From: Guillardia theta CCMP2712
Lineage: Eukaryota; Protista; Cryptophyta
Reading direction: 5' to 3'
Length of the DNA stretch: 64,000 bases
NCBI RefSeq assembly: GCF_000315625.1
Contig: NW_005434511.1
Span: 1-64,000, forward strand
The notes beneath the pieces are model-generated. The model saw only the letters and a program-made list of their open reading frames with translations, was not told the origin of the DNA and did not search any database. This document shows, piece after piece, positions 62,282-64,000 of the stretch. Every line of letters starts with the position of its first letter. The first letter of the stretch is position 1. A program made the translations under genes and the position numbers.

Positions 62282-64000
62282 ATGAGCCAGAGTCAGCAGA
62301 CGGGTAGTGAAGGAGTTGTCAGCTCTGCCGTACCGGCAAGCGTACAACTTCCGCTGAAGCAGTCCAGGATGGAAGAGATCGTGCCGTTAGGAACGAACCA
62401 AGATGCTTCTGAAGGGAATGGAAAGGGCGGACCAGGGAGCGTCCATGAAGTGGAGGACATACAGCGTCACCTTGCATTTACGGAAACCATGAATGCAAAC
62501 ATGGAACGAAGTAGGCCGCGAGCCTTGCACACTAGCCATGAGCGAAACCATCATGACGACGACGATGATGACGACGACTGGGAAGGATCAGGGTTGTTCT
62601 ACTTCAAGTACAAAAACCGCGGAGCTCTCGGCGGCTCCGTCCTCGTCCCCAGGACATGGTGGGCCACCGTCCTAGACTTTGCTGGTGCCTTCAAGCTCCT
62701 CCTACAGCTCATCATGATCCCTGACGCTCTTTCTGCTGTTCTGATCTCTGTGGCAAGCGTGCTGCTGTATGACAGGTACGGTTCGAAGTTCAGCGCGAAC
62801 ATGAACTGGGTAGCAGTGAGTATCATGCTGGTGTTTCCGATCTCGAACAGCATCACCAACGCCTTCAAGCGCAGAGAGCAGGCGATCGCAGAGCTCTGCA
62901 ACTTTCGAGCACAAGTCATCAATGTTTTCTTAGGACACGCGGTGTGGGATTGGCCTTCTGCTACAGGATGGTACGGGAGGGACGAGCTCAGTACAGCTCC
63001 TCCTGCTCCCCCAGGTCAGTCTGACAGGAGGATCAAGGCCAAGGGGCTGGTTGAGCTCAATCGCAACCACCAAGCGCGGGTCAAGACCCTCCTGCTCGCC
63101 ATCGTGGACTCGTTGGAGGAGCTGCTGCTGGTGCCGCGGCGGGGGAGGATGCGGCACATGAACGGGTGCTGCGGGACGACGGAGAAGGATCTGGTAGAGA
63201 AGGCAGAGAATCATGGGAGGGACATCGTGATCCGTCTCATCGGGCAGCTGCTCCGAGCGACTGAGGATCTCAAGGCTGCCGGCATGCCACCGAATGAGGC
63301 GATCCGAATGAATCAGGTAGGGAGGTAGAGGCTGCTCTGCTCGCTCGCCTTGCTCGCTCGCCCGAGCTGACTCTGCGTGCTGTCAGTACGTCATGTTCCT
63401 CAACAAGTCCTTCGAGAACCTCTGGGCCTTCAAAGTCTACAGAACTTCCGCCTCCCTCCGCGCCCTCAGCCTCATCACGACGCAGATCATGCCGATGTTC
63501 TACGGGCCCTACTTCCTGCACATCGCGCGAGGAGAGGGGAGCGAGAACAACGTGGGCTTTGCCTGCGCGTTTGCGAGCTTGATCTCGGTGCTGCTTGTCG
63601 CTCTGATCTCCCTCGAGCGGCACACAGCCCGTGAACGCCTCTTCAGTCTTTATCTCCTTTACGAGCAGATGATGGAGGGAGGAGGAGGAGGAGGAGGAGG
63701 AGGAGGGAGGAGGGACGGAGGCGCGTTTCGATCATCTGATTTGGAGGGGGGGGGGAGCAGGGAGAGAAGAGGAGGGGAAGAGAGGAGAGGATAGAAAGGA
63801 ATGGGGGAGGCTGACGAGGATATTTATGTCAGGGTCAAGGAGGAGATCGTTTATTGCCGAACGAGCATTCTGGTGATCAGCGGTCGGAGGTTGGAGGCGC
63901 AGGGGTTGACTTTCCGGGTATGGCAGGCTTGTGAGGCTGATCTCGAATCTCCATGGTATCACGATCTGAGATGTAGGAGGATACTTGAAGCATGTGAGGA
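62282..64000 (+). CDS. Bestrophin-like membrane protein, copy 2 (inverted duplicate; lacks the ENPF segment; runs off the window)
   Basis: 62618-63619 is the near-identical reverse complement of 60209-61210, including the 70-nt intron 63317-63386. Confidence 0.7.

Overview
Eukaryotic nuclear DNA, gene-dense, with four N gaps. It has many short (about 42-70 nt) GT-AG introns with CTGAC/TTGAC branch motifs, plus longer introns filled with simple repeats. These features and an RWP-RK expansion suggest a cryptophyte alga (Guillardia/Hanusia-like); this is inference only. About 17 genes can be reconstructed by hand: four small RWP-RK transcription factors in two pairs, a lineage-specific secretory protein, exocyst Exo84, a giant IQ+LRR protein, a many-exon unknown protein with a probable Ig-like C-terminus, a GPI-anchored Cys-rich protein, a 1316-aa intronless multi-pass membrane protein, a RING+ARM protein, a PDZ protein, an FN3-FN3-nucleoredoxin fusion, an unknown secreted protein, a TEP1-like DUF4062-NACHT-WD40 protein and a head-to-head inverted pair of bestrophin-like genes. 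The most notable observations are: (1) three clean -1 frameshifts in two otherwise intact giant genes; (2) an LRR protein built from about 14 separately capped solenoid modules; (3) a NACHT protein with no Walker A lysine and a C-terminal CaaX box; (4) intergenic islands built from a strand-polarised TACCCC/GGGGTA vocabulary and from GC palindromes with GTGACT; (5) repeat-filled introns bounded by 7-9 nt direct repeats; (6) patchy gene conversion between the inverted bestrophin-like copies. No rRNA, tRNA or CRISPR array is supported. All gene models are manual and unverified by transcripts or database searches.
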